Part shown: positions 1 to 14,200 of the stretch, in pieces
How the letters are laid out: the number at the start of each line of letters is the position of its first letter
How positions within the stretch are numbered: the first letter of the stretch is position 1
The notes under the pieces: generated by a model
Seen by the model: only the letters and a program-made list of their open reading frames with translations
What the model was told of the DNA's origin: nothing
Database searches by the model: none
Assembly (NCBI GenBank): GCA_051362555.1
Contig: CM120642.1
Span: forward strand, 930,001-994,000
Origin: Lingula anatina
Taxonomy: Eukaryota; Animalia; Brachiopoda
Length of the DNA stretch: 64,000 nucleotides
Direction of reading: 5' to 3'
Position numbers and translations under genes: made by a program

Positions 1-3000
1 GGCTTTGGTGAGGTATGGATAGCCCGACTGAGCGTGAAGGGTGTTGCCACAGCAGATTTGGTACCTTGGGTTATACGACACACCGTTGCAGCTTGGAAGG
101 TACCCTATAATGGCGACGACGACTCCATTTTGACAGGTATGTGTGCGAGAATCGTAGAACACGTCGGCACAGCATCTAAGTGTAGCAGTGATGGGCCTGG
201 CTTCGTTCCCACAGCACAGGTGCGTGTCCGGGTTGTACTGCTGGCTTCCACAGTACTGTGGTATCGGGACAACGACACCATTACTGCACATGTCCTGGCG
301 CACGTCGTACTCTACGTCACCGCAGCATTCAATGTACTGCTGTCTGGGCCTGGTTCCACTGGCACAACATATATAAAAAGCTGGGTCATACACGACACCA
401 TTACATCTGACGTAGTTGCCTCCATGGGTGCCGATCTGACCATCAGAACAGTACTGGAGATCGGTATTGTACACTGTTGGCCCGCAGCATGCAGCATATG
501 GCGACTTGTTGTAGAGGTAGTTTTCGCAGCAAATCTTCTCGTTTGGATCGTACTTAACGTTTCCGCACGACGGCTGTGGGGTGGTCCCTATGGGATACAC
601 CTTCCCGCCAACACATATGTGTGTGCTGGTGTCGTACATCTGGTTGCCGCAGCAGGCACGGTTCTGGCCGTAGTTGTAAACATTGCCGCTGCAGCACATT
701 TGCTGCTGCGTGTTACACGGGCTGGAGCCGCAACATGTGTAGGATGGACTGGTCAAAGGCTGGTTGCCACAACAGTCCTCTCCATCGTGACAGCCTAAAA
801 CAATAAAGAGATCGATACATGGATTAATAACTATTCTTGCAGAGTTATTTTAGCTTTTGCCATTTTTTTTTTCAAAATGGACGTTTTATAAACAAGATTT
901 CTATATCTATATTGACGCATGCAGATGTTTCGGTGTTTTCGGTGTTTTTTTTTCGGAGCAGTTCATAAGTCCACCGCGCATTAAACCCAGCACACACACA
1001 ACATCATTATAACGGTACCATGACGGTTATAACCGAAAAGGTTTGCTGGGGAGACGCTCGTACTGATCTTCGTCATGGACGCCAAAACAGACACCATTAT
1101 CAAGGGAAATTTCGAGGGGAATTCTACAAGACCAAAACTTGCGCTCGTGAGAGGACGATATGTGTTTATTTGCCCAGAGGTTTTCAATAAGTCATGCGTT
1201 GGTGGTAAAAGTAAACAACGTTTGAGTAACGGTGCGCTTTTCAGGCCTTTGTCTATAATCTGTTGTCTGAATTATCAATTAAAAACCATTGCTTCATTAT
1301 TTAAGATTTTGTTTAAATGAAGCCCATCCCCATGAGGTTTCCCAATTTTGAATGACCCCAAGTACATTTTAATCTTTAATGTGAAATGGGTAACGCATGC
1401 TCTTTGACATGTTGTTTATGACACCTTCTTTAACTGCTTTATCTATCTATTCACTTTTTATTATGTACACCGTCGAGCGAAAAATAGTAACATTAATCGC
1501 TTTAAAGTCTGCAAGTTGTGTTTGCAGTGATAAAACTGATGGATGTCTTCCTCAAAGTAATAAAGTTACTCCTTTGAAAATTGTTTTAATATTATAATAT
1601 AATTATACCTGAATTCTGCAAAAGGGATAAAAATGAGCTTTTCGTTCACGCAACGTACTACATCAATGTGTGACGTTAATTGATATAAACATAATTATAC
1701 TCGTTAAAGGTACTAAGACAGGTGACGACGCCCGTTATCGTTACCGTAATTTACGTCATTTCAGATGGTAACATTTCCGGCTTGAAATGAAAAAGGAGCC
1801 ATTTTGCGTCTGTCGGCAACAAGCAATCTGTTCAGTGTTTCTTTCTATTTTATTTTTTAAGAATCATTGCAAATGAAATTGTTAAATATAAGCAATAACT
1901 TTTGGACAAGTTTGTAATTCCTTCCTTTGCGAACGGTTGCAACGAGTAAAATGCAGTAGCTTTAAATCTGATTGGGTTCAGCAAGTGGGGGGAGTGCCTC
2001 AGGGCACTAAATTAGGTCCCATTCTTTTCCTTGCAATGATAAATGACCTGAAAACTTGTTGTTCAGACATTAAGTTTGTCGATGATACCTCCATTTACGA
2101 AATTTGCAAATTTGGCAAAACACCGCATCTACCACAAGCAATAGACCAATTGGCTGACTGGGTCAAGCAAAACAAGATGAAACTTAATGTAAAGAAGACT
2201 AAGTCGATGGACATAAATTTTACCAAGGACTGTAATCTTACAATACCAACATTGGAAATAGATGGTGAACGTGTAGAAAAGGTCAAAAAGTTTAAGATAC
2301 TTGGTGTTATTTTAACCCCAGACCTCAAGTGGGCTGAACACATCAAAACCATGTATGCTAAGGCATGTTTAAAGCTCTTTTATCTCAGACAGCTAAAGAG
2401 GGCAAAACTGGACATACAAGATTTATTAACTATTTACCAGTCTGTAATAAGATCAGTTTTAGAATATGCCTGTCCAGTGTGGGGACCAGGTCTGACTGCT
2501 GAGCAATCTGAATGTCTAGAGTCAGTTCAAAAGAGAGCCTTAAGGATTATTTGCCCTGGTCTCAGTTATGATGATGCCTTAAAAGTTTGTAACATTGACA
2601 CCCTAGACAAACGTAGACATTTGCTGTATCAGAGGTTTTATACAAAATTAAAAAAATTGTGAAAAGTTAGGACATTTATTGCCTGAAAGAAACACCCGCC
2701 CTTTACGAAACAACACCAAATTCTTACAACCAAAAGTGAAGACGGAACGTTTTAAAAATTCCTTTATTAATTATTGCCTTTTTAACTTGTAGTAATTTAT
2801 GGATGCCTTTTTAATTTGTAGTATTTTAAGAATAATTTATTGTTTTATAATTTAAAGTTTATTGTCAATTTTCTTTTAAACATTCTTTGTACAACTTCAA
2901 CCTTAGGGTTGCAATTTCATCTAATAATAAATTATTATTATTATATTATTATTATCATTATACAAGATTAACGATTGGAATCTCCTTATACTTTTTAAAT

Positions 3001-5672
3001 AGTTATTTTGTTAAGATTAACGCAATTTCTTGTTTTTTTTTTTTAGCGGGATTCTTTAACTTTCTAAATCTGACCAACAACCGTTCCCCAAATTAATTAA
3101 AAATGCCCTTCCTTGTCATGTAGAATTTTGGGTACAGTAAATAAGATATAAAATATTTATGAACACCCTTCCCCTTCTTGGTAATGGATCTCTTCGGTTT
3201 CCTATCGCCCGTGATTATAATTCAATTACGTAGCAAGAATATATTTGTGGTAGCCACGTAGAATATGAGTGATGCTGACATCTGGTGATATGTATATCAT
3301 CAATCACCCTGTTTCCATAAAGTTCTAGACAATCATCCAGCCAGTTTCAACATTAACTTTGTGACTTAAAGGAATTTTTATACAAAGTTTATAGCCGCCA
3401 AATATGGCATGTCCCCCATCCCCCATTTTATTTGTTCACCTAAACTATCAAAATTATAATACAAAAGTGCTTATGCGAATAAATCCCGAGTAATGTAGAA
3501 AGCTTTTTCACGTCCTGAACTCAGACTGGCTGTCAATAAAAAAAGAAATAAATCATGCTTGGTACTGCTACAGACAATAAAAATGCCCTACGGTACCATT
3601 TGGAGCATCTTAAAATTTATGACCTTAAAATTTATATGTCTGCCAAATAGAGGTGGGGGGAGCAAAACCACTTGTACTTATATCATTAATTAGGAGAGCA
3701 GATAGTGCTGTTAATGCAAATGGCCAATCGATGGGGAAAACAGATCATCCGAAAGAAATGCTAAAATAACAATGTACTTATTTGATTAGGCTTTTGTTGG
3801 ATCTTCACCGAAATATGGGCAGATCTGATCAACCACTCGCTGGATTTCGAGAATCACGCACTTTCTCTCTCTTTCAGAGGTCGGCAGCTACCTGGCGTAA
3901 TGAGCATTCATACTCACTTAAAGTAATTTTATGCAAACAAGTAACATTATCAGTTAATACTGAGGCGCCGCAATAACTTTCTTACCATGCCCCTAAAAGA
4001 CCGGGTTGCCTTAGGACAAATTATGAATTCTGACCTTACGGGAGCATGCCTAAGTGATGTTTGTTGACAGGTGTTCGCGGTGTCTTATTAAGCACACCTC
4101 GGTCGTAACGAAATAAACACACCGTACAGTTCAACAGTTAAAACCGCTCATTCAACAAAACTGTGTCCTGTATATTGTGCGCCGTACGTTAGAATTCGTT
4201 TCAAGTATGTAACAAAAATTGGGTGAATTGCTTTCGACAAATATAAGGGATATTTTTTTAAAATTTTTTAATGTACAATGTTTCTGTGTACAATTTGGTT
4301 AAACTAACTTTAAATAACGAGGATTCATTTAAATTTCTATGTTAGGAAGCTTGTGCTGATATGTGTGTGTGTGTTGTTTAATTCTACATGGCATCAACAG
4401 TATATACCGAACACGTTTTGATTAAAAAGTGTTTCACTACAATTACATCTTTCGTGTATCTCTCCTAAAATTTGGCAAAACATCCAACAGCATCTATCTA
4501 ATTATTTTATTTAAAGGGGAATATACTACAGCTGTTTATAAACTTGTTCACAGTAATTTGAATTAATTGTAAGAATGAAGAACACAGAGATTATAATTTA
4601 CAGGCAGGTGTCATTACAAATTACACTTTTCAAGATGATATTAAAATTTAGATTACGGATTAGTGAATGACTGAAAACTAGCAAACATTAAGTAACATTT
4701 ATATGACATGCACATTGCGAGATAAAACATTTGAAAATGGACACCGTTCACCAGAGCAAAACACATAATGGTGAACCATGCTAACTTTTAATCGTCCATC
4801 TTCCTATTTGAAAATGTTAAACACGTTTACGTGAAGGCGTAACGATCCATGAAACTGTTAGTTAAATAGAGAAATGTGGAATGGGATTTTAAACGCTGCA
4901 AATAAATATCGGTAGATGATGTAAAATGTCGCAAATATTTCAGTAAAATATGACATTTACACCTAACTCCCCAAAACTTTTGATATTTCAGCTTTACTAT
5001 AATTCCACGCCCTACCACCCACAACAAGGGATACTGTGTTCAAGAATAAACATAAGTTTTATACAGGTAATCTGAAAACTTAAAAATAAAAACCAAATGT
5101 GTTGCAGTGCAATTTATTTCATATTTTTATATTTCTATTTCATTCTCTTGGCCTCTTGTTTATTAAGTTTTTTAAGAAAAAAACACAAAATGTATCGCCA
5201 ATAACTACGGTCAGAAAATAGGAAGTTCGCGTATTATTTTGTGCATAATTGGCGAACGCTTTGGACGATCAGTGGTATGTTTTAGGTCAAAGGTGAAGAC
5301 TTCCAGAAAAGGGCTTTGAAAGATATTTTCCTTAAAAAAAACTATAATTTATCGACGGCTATTCATAAACGCATTGCTTTACTATTGCTTTACAAATTCT
5401 TTGCTTCGGACTGTCAGACTCGATATCTTAAGTTACAAAACGTGAAAACGCGTAATATATTGATGAGATCTTTAAAAACAGATTCTGCTACATTGGCGGT
5501 ACCTTTTTCACTCACTTCGGAACTTTTGTGATGAGCCTATAAATGAGATATTTTCATTGACTTTAATTATTTAAAATTTAATAAAAATTGCCATGTACTC
5601 ACCGTGCGAGCTAACTAGAGGCTGTAAAACAAGAAGCACTCCAGTGAACAGAAGAAGCCGCACGCTCTCCAT
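1..5672 (-). CDS. Galaxin-like Cys-rich secreted protein A (exon 1 5672-5603; exon 2 794-<1, continues past window edge)
   Basis: Exon 1 encodes signal peptide MESVRLLLFTGVLLVLQPLVSSH+G with donor GTGAGT (phase 1). Acceptor TTTTAG at 800-795, then a stop-free frame to base 1: CHDGEDCCGNQPLTSPSYTCCGSSPCNTQQQMCCSGNVY...CGNVKYDPNEKICCENYLY...CNGVSYNPRYQICCGNTL. CC..Y(N/D)P...CC units are galaxin-type. Absent from the ORF track because there is no stop in the window. Confidence 0.88.
1913..2960 (+). mobile_element. 5'-truncated non-LTR retrotransposon (CR1/L2-group LINE), RT C-terminal half, in the intron of gene A, antisense to the gene
   Basis: ORF 1937-2662 has GVPQGTKLGPILF, KFVDD, KILGV, and YQSVIRSVLEYACPVW...LESVQKRALRII. 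The frame breaks near 2660, followed by an AT-rich 3' region and a (TTA)n-like tail at about 2930-2960. 5' boundary approximate. Confidence 0.9.
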
Positions 5673-5784
5673 CGCTAAATCAGTCGTCTACAAACTTTGG
5701 AAGAAATTCAGAAGAAACTATATCCGTTCCTTCTACTCAAGTTCCAAAAGCAGCCAGTACTTCGCAATATCTGACTGCACTCTC

Positions 5785-5850
5785 GCGTTTAAGTAGCCGC
5801 ACCAATGACGTCATAAATTGTCCACTATAAGGAAATAATTCTATTTACAT
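5785..5850 (-). promoter_or_regulatory. Proximal promoter of gene A (TACTTAAA TATA-like, CRE TGACGTCA 5806-5813, TGTAAATA forkhead-like)
   Basis: Same motif order and similar spacing occur upstream of paralogs B and C. Function is inferred. Confidence 0.5.
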
Positions 5851-6451
5851 TAATGTGCAAATCAGAACGCAAAGGTGCTGGATTTTCACGGTGCCTTCAC
5901 CAGTATGTGAGTAAGTACGTAAACGCAAAGACTCAATAATTTAATAGACTATTAAACATACGATCTTTTCTCTCTGCTATTGAATTTTGAAGAAATTATA
6001 TTTTGAACAATAAATAAGAAATTAGATGTTTCCTAGCGTACACTTAGTTGCTCGGAAATTTATGAAAACATTTGCAGAATTGGATCCTTTTTTTCAATCG
6101 GCGGACTTTCAACACAGTTTCAAGGGTTGCACGGATATGTTTATCTTATCATCAACAGAGAAAAAACATCCTGTTGTTTGAAACTTTGACGTGAATAAAA
6201 ATGAACAACAACAAAAACAACGAATATTTGCATATCGCACTCACTCAAAAGAAGACCATGGTAAAAAAATCAAATAGTATATTCAAAATTTACAGTGATT
6301 GCAGATAGGACTAAGGAACTTTCTATTCACTTCTGTGAAAACAACACCAAGCACGTACCAACCACTGTTTTCCTCTAAACAAAACAAAAGTATGAATAAT
6401 GATTTTGACGAGTCGTAAACCCCATTCCCACAGACACCATCGGTCTTCGTA

Positions 6452-6639
6452 GATCGATCCAATTCTGCCGCGACTCTCGCTGAGTGCAATCAGCTTAACT
6501 AAATGACACGCCTCCTCTTGTTTCCAACGTAATAGCATCATTACTAGCTTTTCTTTGTTCTGCTTGAATCCAGGAGGATGCGTGTTAATTTGTTTAACTG
6601 ACTGCACTCAGCAAGAGTCCCCGCGGATTTGGATTGATC
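6452..6639. mobile_element. Palindromic MITE-like element
   Basis: Arms GATCGATCCAATTCTGCCGCGACTCTCGCTGAGTGCA and TGCACTCAGCAAGAGTCCCCGCGGATTTGGATTGATC are imperfect reverse complements. Related copies sit in intron 3 of genes F-H. Confidence 0.6.
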
Positions 6640-9600
6640 CAAGTATACCAATGGTGTCCATGGAAATGTGGTCTTTGACATGGTACATTCAAGTCGGCAG
6701 GCACTCAGCACCAGTATCATAGGACCGTTCCCTAACTTATAAATACCTTTGTTCCACACTCTTTAAAAAAAGACATCCCTAGCAACACGCGCCTTATAAA
6801 GAAATCACTTTAATTTTAAGTCGTGTTAAAAAGTTTATGGTTCGTTAAATTTTAGTACGTGCCAGTAATGCTTTACTTAAATGCGCTACCAACTTTGGTA
6901 AGCAGCCCAACTCCTTTTTATAGTAGACTAAAACCAGACCAGTTTTAAGATGAAAGTGACTTTTAATAGTGGCTTTATTTCTGTCTTTTAATGGATTTTG
7001 TCATTAAAAGCACACTATTTCAAGATATAACGTAAGCAGTTGTGCATTAGCAACGGCTGCACGTCGTCGAGATGGAAGTTTGATAATGAGGAAGTAGTTA
7101 AAAGTAAATAAACATGTTGCCATTGCTGTTTATTTTGTTGTAAGGACTGTTGTCCTATAACAAAGTATTATAAAATATTTTCAATTATTTTCTGTTAAGT
7201 TGATTTACTTGATATCAAAATGCGTCACAAGAAAGAAATATCCTACAGTACATAGCATCACATATGAGTGTTTTTGTAGCTGTAATTATTTGTTCCTTTG
7301 TTAGCAGTTAGTATTCGAGTACACGGACTAGCAGGTACCAAGTCCCTAAGTCTTATACTACCCCCTGACTTACTTTAGTTGATAAACCATACAATACCGC
7401 AACATTAATCTTCTTTTCAGGCTTACCTTCGAGTGAGTTCTACTTTTATATGATGCATACAACATCACGGACACTAACCATAGAGTTGCAGTGTATGCAA
7501 CCGGCTTTAAACTTAAAGGCAAGCATTATAATATAAAGTATTTGGGTGCTAAAAATTCATCAAAAGTAATATGGCTGACCTACAGTATGTGCGCACATAC
7601 GAAGCATTTGTAGTCGATGAGAGGGACTAGAGGGCTTATCCCCCCTCTTCCCCCATTTTTTTCATTTAGTTCAGTCATTCAGCTTTAAGCAAGTGGTTTT
7701 GCTGTAATCACCCGCCCCGTCGCTGTTTTTTTTCCCTGACTGATTAGCCTCCCTCTACTGTGTAAAATGCGTCTAAGGAGGGCATATTTCACATTTCTAT
7801 GTTGAATTGCAACTCCAAAATTGCGGTCATCAAAGAAGTTACTGGCACCTTAACTACTTATGTGTTCGCATGGAGTATAAATAAAATGAACCATTAGTAT
7901 AACATCAGAATAATGACCTCTTTTAAGTAAAATTACCTTTAATGCGTTTTTAAACCACACCGCAGAGCTTTTAGTGATAAGGTATTAAAATTCCTTGGTG
8001 GATTCCTTGATATTCATTAAGTTACCTGACTGCGTTTGATCTCTGTAGCTAGGGGTTTTACTGCTACTCCAGGAGTAGAACCATAAAAGAAATTTTGTTC
8101 CGTTTTGGGGAAAGAGGGGGTGCTTTACAAAAAAATAATAATAATAAGAGGAAGATTGTGTGATTATTGTGTTTTATTTATAAAATGTACGTTGCAGAGA
8201 TGTTGTCATGTATCTAAAATGGGAAAAAAGATACAGAAAATGAACATTAGAAAAATATAAATAATAAATTACAAAGAGGCTTAATAAAAATCGCAATTTA
8301 AATGTAAACACACTAACACACGTATGACGCACTTTCCCCGTTTTCTTTACTCCGCTGTCTGCACAGAAGTTGCCTCAATCGCATTCCACCCGGTATCCAT
8401 GACCAAGTCTTCAACTAATTGCACCTTTCATAGGCAGAGAGTATTCGCGTAGAAAGATAATGTTCATGTTTGAGAATGCACTATCAATGGCATTGATTGG
8501 TTGTTGCTAACAAACACTAAGAAATATGTGTTCTGGGGGTAAACGACAATTCTTTTCGTCATGCAATTACTCCTGTTTTTTTTTCTTTTTTTTTTTGTCA
8601 CGAGAGTTGCTAGGAGCTCATTCCAAAACAACAACAACAACAACATCTTAAATTTCAAAATAGACATGAGCTACTGCCTAAGGAGTTTTTCAAACATTTA
8701 CTTGGATGAAAAAATACATCCAGAAATTCTTTAAAATGTATTATAAAATGTTTTATAAGAAATGTTTTAATGTCAAATGTGTTTTTCTTGTAATTACAAT
8801 TTTAGAATAATTATATATGTTCTATCCATTTATTGGTTGCAAAAAATATAATTATTATTTTAATTTAGTTTTAACACCTGCGACAACAAGCCTGGTGTAT
8901 TTGTGGGGGCGGTTTTAAAATGCATGGTCGGTCGGACTATGAAAGGTCCGGACTCGGCGTCACGTTCCACCGTCCTCTCCAAGGGCGTACGTGTAAGGCC
9001 AAAATTAAGTCCTACCTTTCAGGAGGACCATATCAAGCTTCAAAGGGGCATCTCATTACAGTGAATGTGGCAAGGGGAGTTCTCACAGCGAAATATACTT
9101 TTAAATATAAAATGACATACGTGTCGCTACGGCTCATAACCCAAGCGCGCAGGTTAATGTATCTCTGTGTTTGTACAGTAGCAGTCCAATGAAAACACTT
9201 TACTGAAAGTTGACAAATTTCACTGGACTGCGACAGAAGTTACTGTGATGGACTCCGCCCTTCATTGAGATTCACGTGTCACTGGGTATTTGATGAACTA
9301 CATCCAGTGCGATAAAAGCGATAAATGCAACATAATAATTTCTGTGGGATCAAAGCAACCTGTTCTCCTCGAGGAAAGCGGTGATAAAATATTCTTGTGT
9401 AGCGAAGTATAGCGGGAAAAGATTTTCTGTGCGTTAGACAATGAACAGTGCTCATGTGCTCAGTGAGAAGGTTAGTTAGTGAAAAGTGTTTCATTATTCT
9501 GGTCTTTCAAACACTGAGATAAAGTTCAACTTCCCAAGATTGAAAATTCTGAATTTAACAGTATTCTGTATTTGTGAAAAAACACGTAGTCTGTTATCTT

Positions 9601-10203
9601 AAAGTCTACTGTATACCGTCGTTTAAAAGTCCATGGCGTCCACAGAAAATTCCATATCATTTTGATAGTAAGAATTCATCAGTTTTTTTTTTTACTTAGC
9701 GGCACAGATCCATTTAACTTTGCCATGGACTTACAGAAGCAATGAAGTGATGTAACTTAGCAAACTTCATCTACGTGTAATTCAGTATTTACAATTTCAA
9801 CAAAAACAAATTACAAAAGCAGAGAAAAGATCTACCTTTCGGTCGCCTTTGGCTCCCACTGTTAAAACAATTGGTTCTCTTGAAAGAAGAAGTCATCGCC
9901 AATACGACCACTTCATCACAGCCCGGAACCATTCGCTCAAAGCTTCCGGAAGACGAAGGCGCCAACAGGTTATTACCAATAAAGTGATTCCACTGATTGC
10001 ACTTTGCAAGAATCCTGCGCAGTGGACCAATCAAACAGTGCGTGTCTACCTTAATGAGGTCTTAGGCATAAATTTGTTTGCCATCCTGTCATTAATTATT
10101 TTTTTAAGTAATAAATAATGATAAAGTCTGAGTTGGTTTTTTTAATTTTTTTATGATTGCTTTGAAAAAAATATAATTTGTTGTTTTACATAAATATGTT
10201 TAT

Positions 10204-10480
10204 GATGCCATTCAGAATAGATGATCCGAGTACTAACTGATCCGTCAACTAAATATGGCCGACCCACTTCAGAAGGGATGCCGCTGATTCCCGATGGTCT
10301 CTCCGCCTCCACACGCGCCAACAAACGGATTACATCTCCGCTCCGATGTTTAATTGCTAGGTCCTTGCAACGACGGCGGGGAAACCGTCATGGAATAACT
10401 GGCATCGCTTTTGAAGTAGAGTCGGCCACATTTAGTCGATGGATCAGTTAATACTCGGATCATCTATGCTGAATGGGGCC
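10204..10480. mobile_element. MITE with about 65-bp TIRs (PIF/Harbinger-like)
   Basis: Left CCATTCAGAATAGATGATCCGAGTACTAACTGATCC... pairs with right ...GGATCAGTTAATACTCGGATCATCTATGCTGAATGGGGCC. Flanks are TAT and TAA. Confidence 0.65.
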
Positions 10481-11114
10481 TAAGGAACACAGCAATGGAC
10501 TGGACCAAGCTACATGCTGCGTTAAATGGCCAGGGCGAACCCCAAATGCTGTAGAGGAGCCAGTACCTCGATGCAGGGACATCACTGGGTCCTTAAGTTG
10601 ATCTATATTTTCACTGCGGAAGAACACTATGTCGTGAAATGTTCAACATTACATGCTGTTAAAACGACGTTATTAACTTGAACTCTTACAGCTTAATCAA
10701 CTTTGTTCGTGTAACTGAATACTAAATGACAACAAAAGAAAAAAGCCACAGCAGCAGAGACCCCTTTAGATATGTGAATGGAATAAATTGTTTCTTCTTT
10801 TCCTCCAGTCATGTAATTTTACGTCAGGTAAAACAGTGTAGTAAAACAGGGCTTTGAAGATACATTGTTGGTTTCTTGAGATCAATACTTTCTCTGGGGA
10901 TAAATGACTTGCATCTAAATAGAGCGTTATCGAACATTAAATTCAATTACGTTGTACTTTTACTACTTTGTCATTATAAAGGTTGTAACTAAACGACGGG
11001 CAATTAGAACACGTGCACTACTGTGAGTATTTCTTACGTTGTTTTGAGAACGATATACGTGCAACTCCACACTTAATGATGAAAGTACATACCTCAGCGT
11101 CTGATTAGTACCTT

Positions 11115-11180
11115 AATGTAAATAGAATTATTTCCTTATAGTGGGGAGATTATGACGTAAGTCTTGCGACTACTTAAACG
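11115..11180 (+). promoter_or_regulatory. Proximal promoter of gene B (TGTAAATA, TGACGTAA 11153-11160, TACTTAAA)
   Basis: Motif block conserved upstream of A (inverted) and C (about 19685-19750). Confidence 0.5.
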
Positions 11181-11295
11181 CGAGAGTGCAGTCAGATATT
11201 TCGAAGCACTGGCTACTTTTGGAACTTGAGTAGAAGGAACGGATATAGTTTCTTCGGAAGTTCTTCCAAAGTTTGTAGACGACTTTGATTTAGCG

Positions 11296-14200
11296 ATGGA
11301 GAGCGTGCGGCTTCTTCTGTTCACTGGAGTGCTTCTTGTTTTACAACCTCTAGTTAGCTCGCACGGTGAGTACATGAAAACTTTTATTGTAATTGTATCT
11401 TCAATGACAATAAAAATATATGCCAGGCAGAAAACGTAGGGAAGATACCTTGAAGACACTTATACCGTGCGGAATTCGCCCAGATTTACTTTGAACCTAT
11501 ATGCAGTATGTACGAGATGGTCGGGGGTTTTGGTTTGTATAATAATGCATTGTGAATAGTCATTAATTGGCTAACAAGCTCCTGCATCAGCACTTTTTCT
11601 CGGGACCTTGGTAATTGAATACCCTCTACCAGGATCACAAATTGTTTTTGTTTTTTTTTTCACTAAATGTTCACAGACATGTCTCTGGATAATTCATGGC
11701 ATTTTTCTCAACTGCAGAAATTGCAGAAATATGCACATAATTAATTTGATTTAAACACGAACATAAATTACCTAAGCATCCATCCAATACCCCTGGTATT
11801 AATCTGATAACTTAAGGTTGAGTCCGGATTATTTAAATTTTTTTAATGATTGGCAGGGCGTATTCATCACAGTAAGCCTAATAAGATAAGTTGCTTAAAA
11901 AGGCTGCTGCGGCAAATCACCATGGTGACATCCAATTGCTGTAGAGAAGCAAGCACCTCAATGCTGGAACATTTTCAAAATTAGAGACAGCACAATCTCA
12001 ACACCGTCTTGGGCACGAACATTATTTTTCCACGCGAATACTCTCTGCCTACCAAAGGCGCAATTAGTTGAAGATTTGGTCATGGATACCGGGTGGAATG
12101 CGATTGAGCCACTTTCAGTCAAAGAAACAGGGAAAGCGCATGAAGTGTACAACAGTTTACATTGCGGTTTTAATTCTCTTTTAGGTAATCATACATAATG
12201 ATAATCAGTCGGCATTTTTCTTTGAAATTTCATTTTCTGTGTAATTTCCCCCACAGACTTTCTACCATTTTCGATTTTAAAAAAGAATATGTCGCACTTT
12301 CGTCCAATGGTTTTGCATGGAATAGGACGTTGCTATATTTTAATGTGACATAACTGCTATGTACTGAATATAAAATGCAATTATCGCGGAAAAATGCCTC
12401 CCTATTTGTAAAAATGATTATAAGTACAGTAACTCTAAAATTTGTCCTGATTCATTCATTATATATGAAGAGGTAGGATGGAAAGGGGGGGGTTAGAAAA
12501 ACAGTGAATTTTGAATTTATTTATAGCCATTCATCGATTTTAAATTTCAAGAAAACATCCTTTTTCTCAGTGCCGTCGTTTTTGGTTTTTGTATTATTTT
12601 AAGCATGCAAAAAGAAAGAAGAAGACAGCAAAATCCCCTCTAAATTAAAGACAAAAAGATACTTAGCATATTCCGCCCTTTTTCTTAATAAGCTTAAAAG
12701 TCGGTAGGTAAGGTGAATTCAGTAGACATATGAATACATGGAATGGATTCTGATGCCTCAAATTTGCTAGCTCTGAACTTACAAGCATTTTTATCAACCG
12801 TGTAGGGTTATAGCTCCTACGATTCTTGGCAAAAAAAGTGCCCTTGTTTTGGGTGGAGGGGCGTTAAAAAGTTAAACTTGAATGTTTATTTGCTTCGCTT
12901 AAAATTCCATAACACAAACATTTGTTCAATTAAGAGTCTCATGGATCGTTGCGCCTTCACGTAAAGTGTTTAACATTGCAAGTAGGAATATGGACTATTT
13001 AAAGGAAGCACCCCTCACCATTATGTGTTTTGCTCTGGTGAACGACGTCCATTTTCAGTATTTTATCATGGAATGTGTGTGTCATTTAAATGGTTGTTAA
13101 CTTTCAGTCGTTCACTTATTCTAGAAGCTTTAGAATTTTTTTTATATTACATAATTTTCATAAATATATCAGATGGCATTAAAGCATACAAACGGCTGAA
13201 GTGCACCCCTTTATTATATTCGGTAGAAATCAAACACTCCAAGATACTTCATGGTTTCAGAAGAATACAAGGAACATGTAATTGTAATGAAATGCCTATC
13301 ATTATTTTTAGACGTCCACATGCATGTTGTTCATTCTACAATATTAAGCAATAGTAGGGGAAGAAGGACCTTCATAGCTAGTGTAACACATCTAAGCTCA
13401 AGAAACGACCTGACAGAAATCAATCATGTTCCTTATGGATAAAGATTCCAATGTATAAAATGCACCATGTATCCCTGGTTGTTGTTGACGCACGTGTATT
13501 CCTATAATAAATGGCGGCCATCTTGGATTATCTTGGAAAAGCCCTGGCAACCTTTGAATTATAATATCATTACCATGGATCTATCATGGATGCTTATTTC
13601 ATGTGATTTTGTTTCCCTATATCTAAAATTAGCCTTCACATGAAAAAATCCCAAGTCAAGAAATTAAAAGATTTCCTGAAAACGACACTGTGGGGGTTTT
13701 AAAATCTTAATCAGAACCCACCATGAAGATATGTAAATCACTTACTAAATGTCGAGTAATTTTCTAGAATTTTACCATCGTTTTTTCACATTAAATAACT
13801 AATTGAAGCAGGTTGATAAATGATCACAGTATCGTCATAAATCATCACTCATCATATTCTACACTGTTATTACATGTCTTCAGGACAGACGACTGAATTA
13901 TAAGCCTATAGGAATCCTAACAGATCCATTAAAACTAGATATAATAAGTATATATGGAGAGGGTGCTCATAATTATCTTATATCGTATTTACTCAAAATA
14001 CCAAACGATGAAAATAAAAAAATTTTTAACAAAAACGGAGTGTAATAAGATAATTGGTCTTAATGCAAACTACATGTAAATATCCTCTAATTAAAGAAGA
14101 AGAATCGTGTTTATATTACAACTACAACCTTAGCACTTTTAATTTACTGTTTTAACAGTGTAAAAACACTAGCAAAGCCTGAAATTGTTATTGACTTATT

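Noticed and set aside
34-798. 254-aa + strand ORF
   Set aside because: Antisense shadow of gene A exon 2; GTG start, and its Ala/Thr/Val bias mirrors Cys/Tyr/Asn codons on the other strand.
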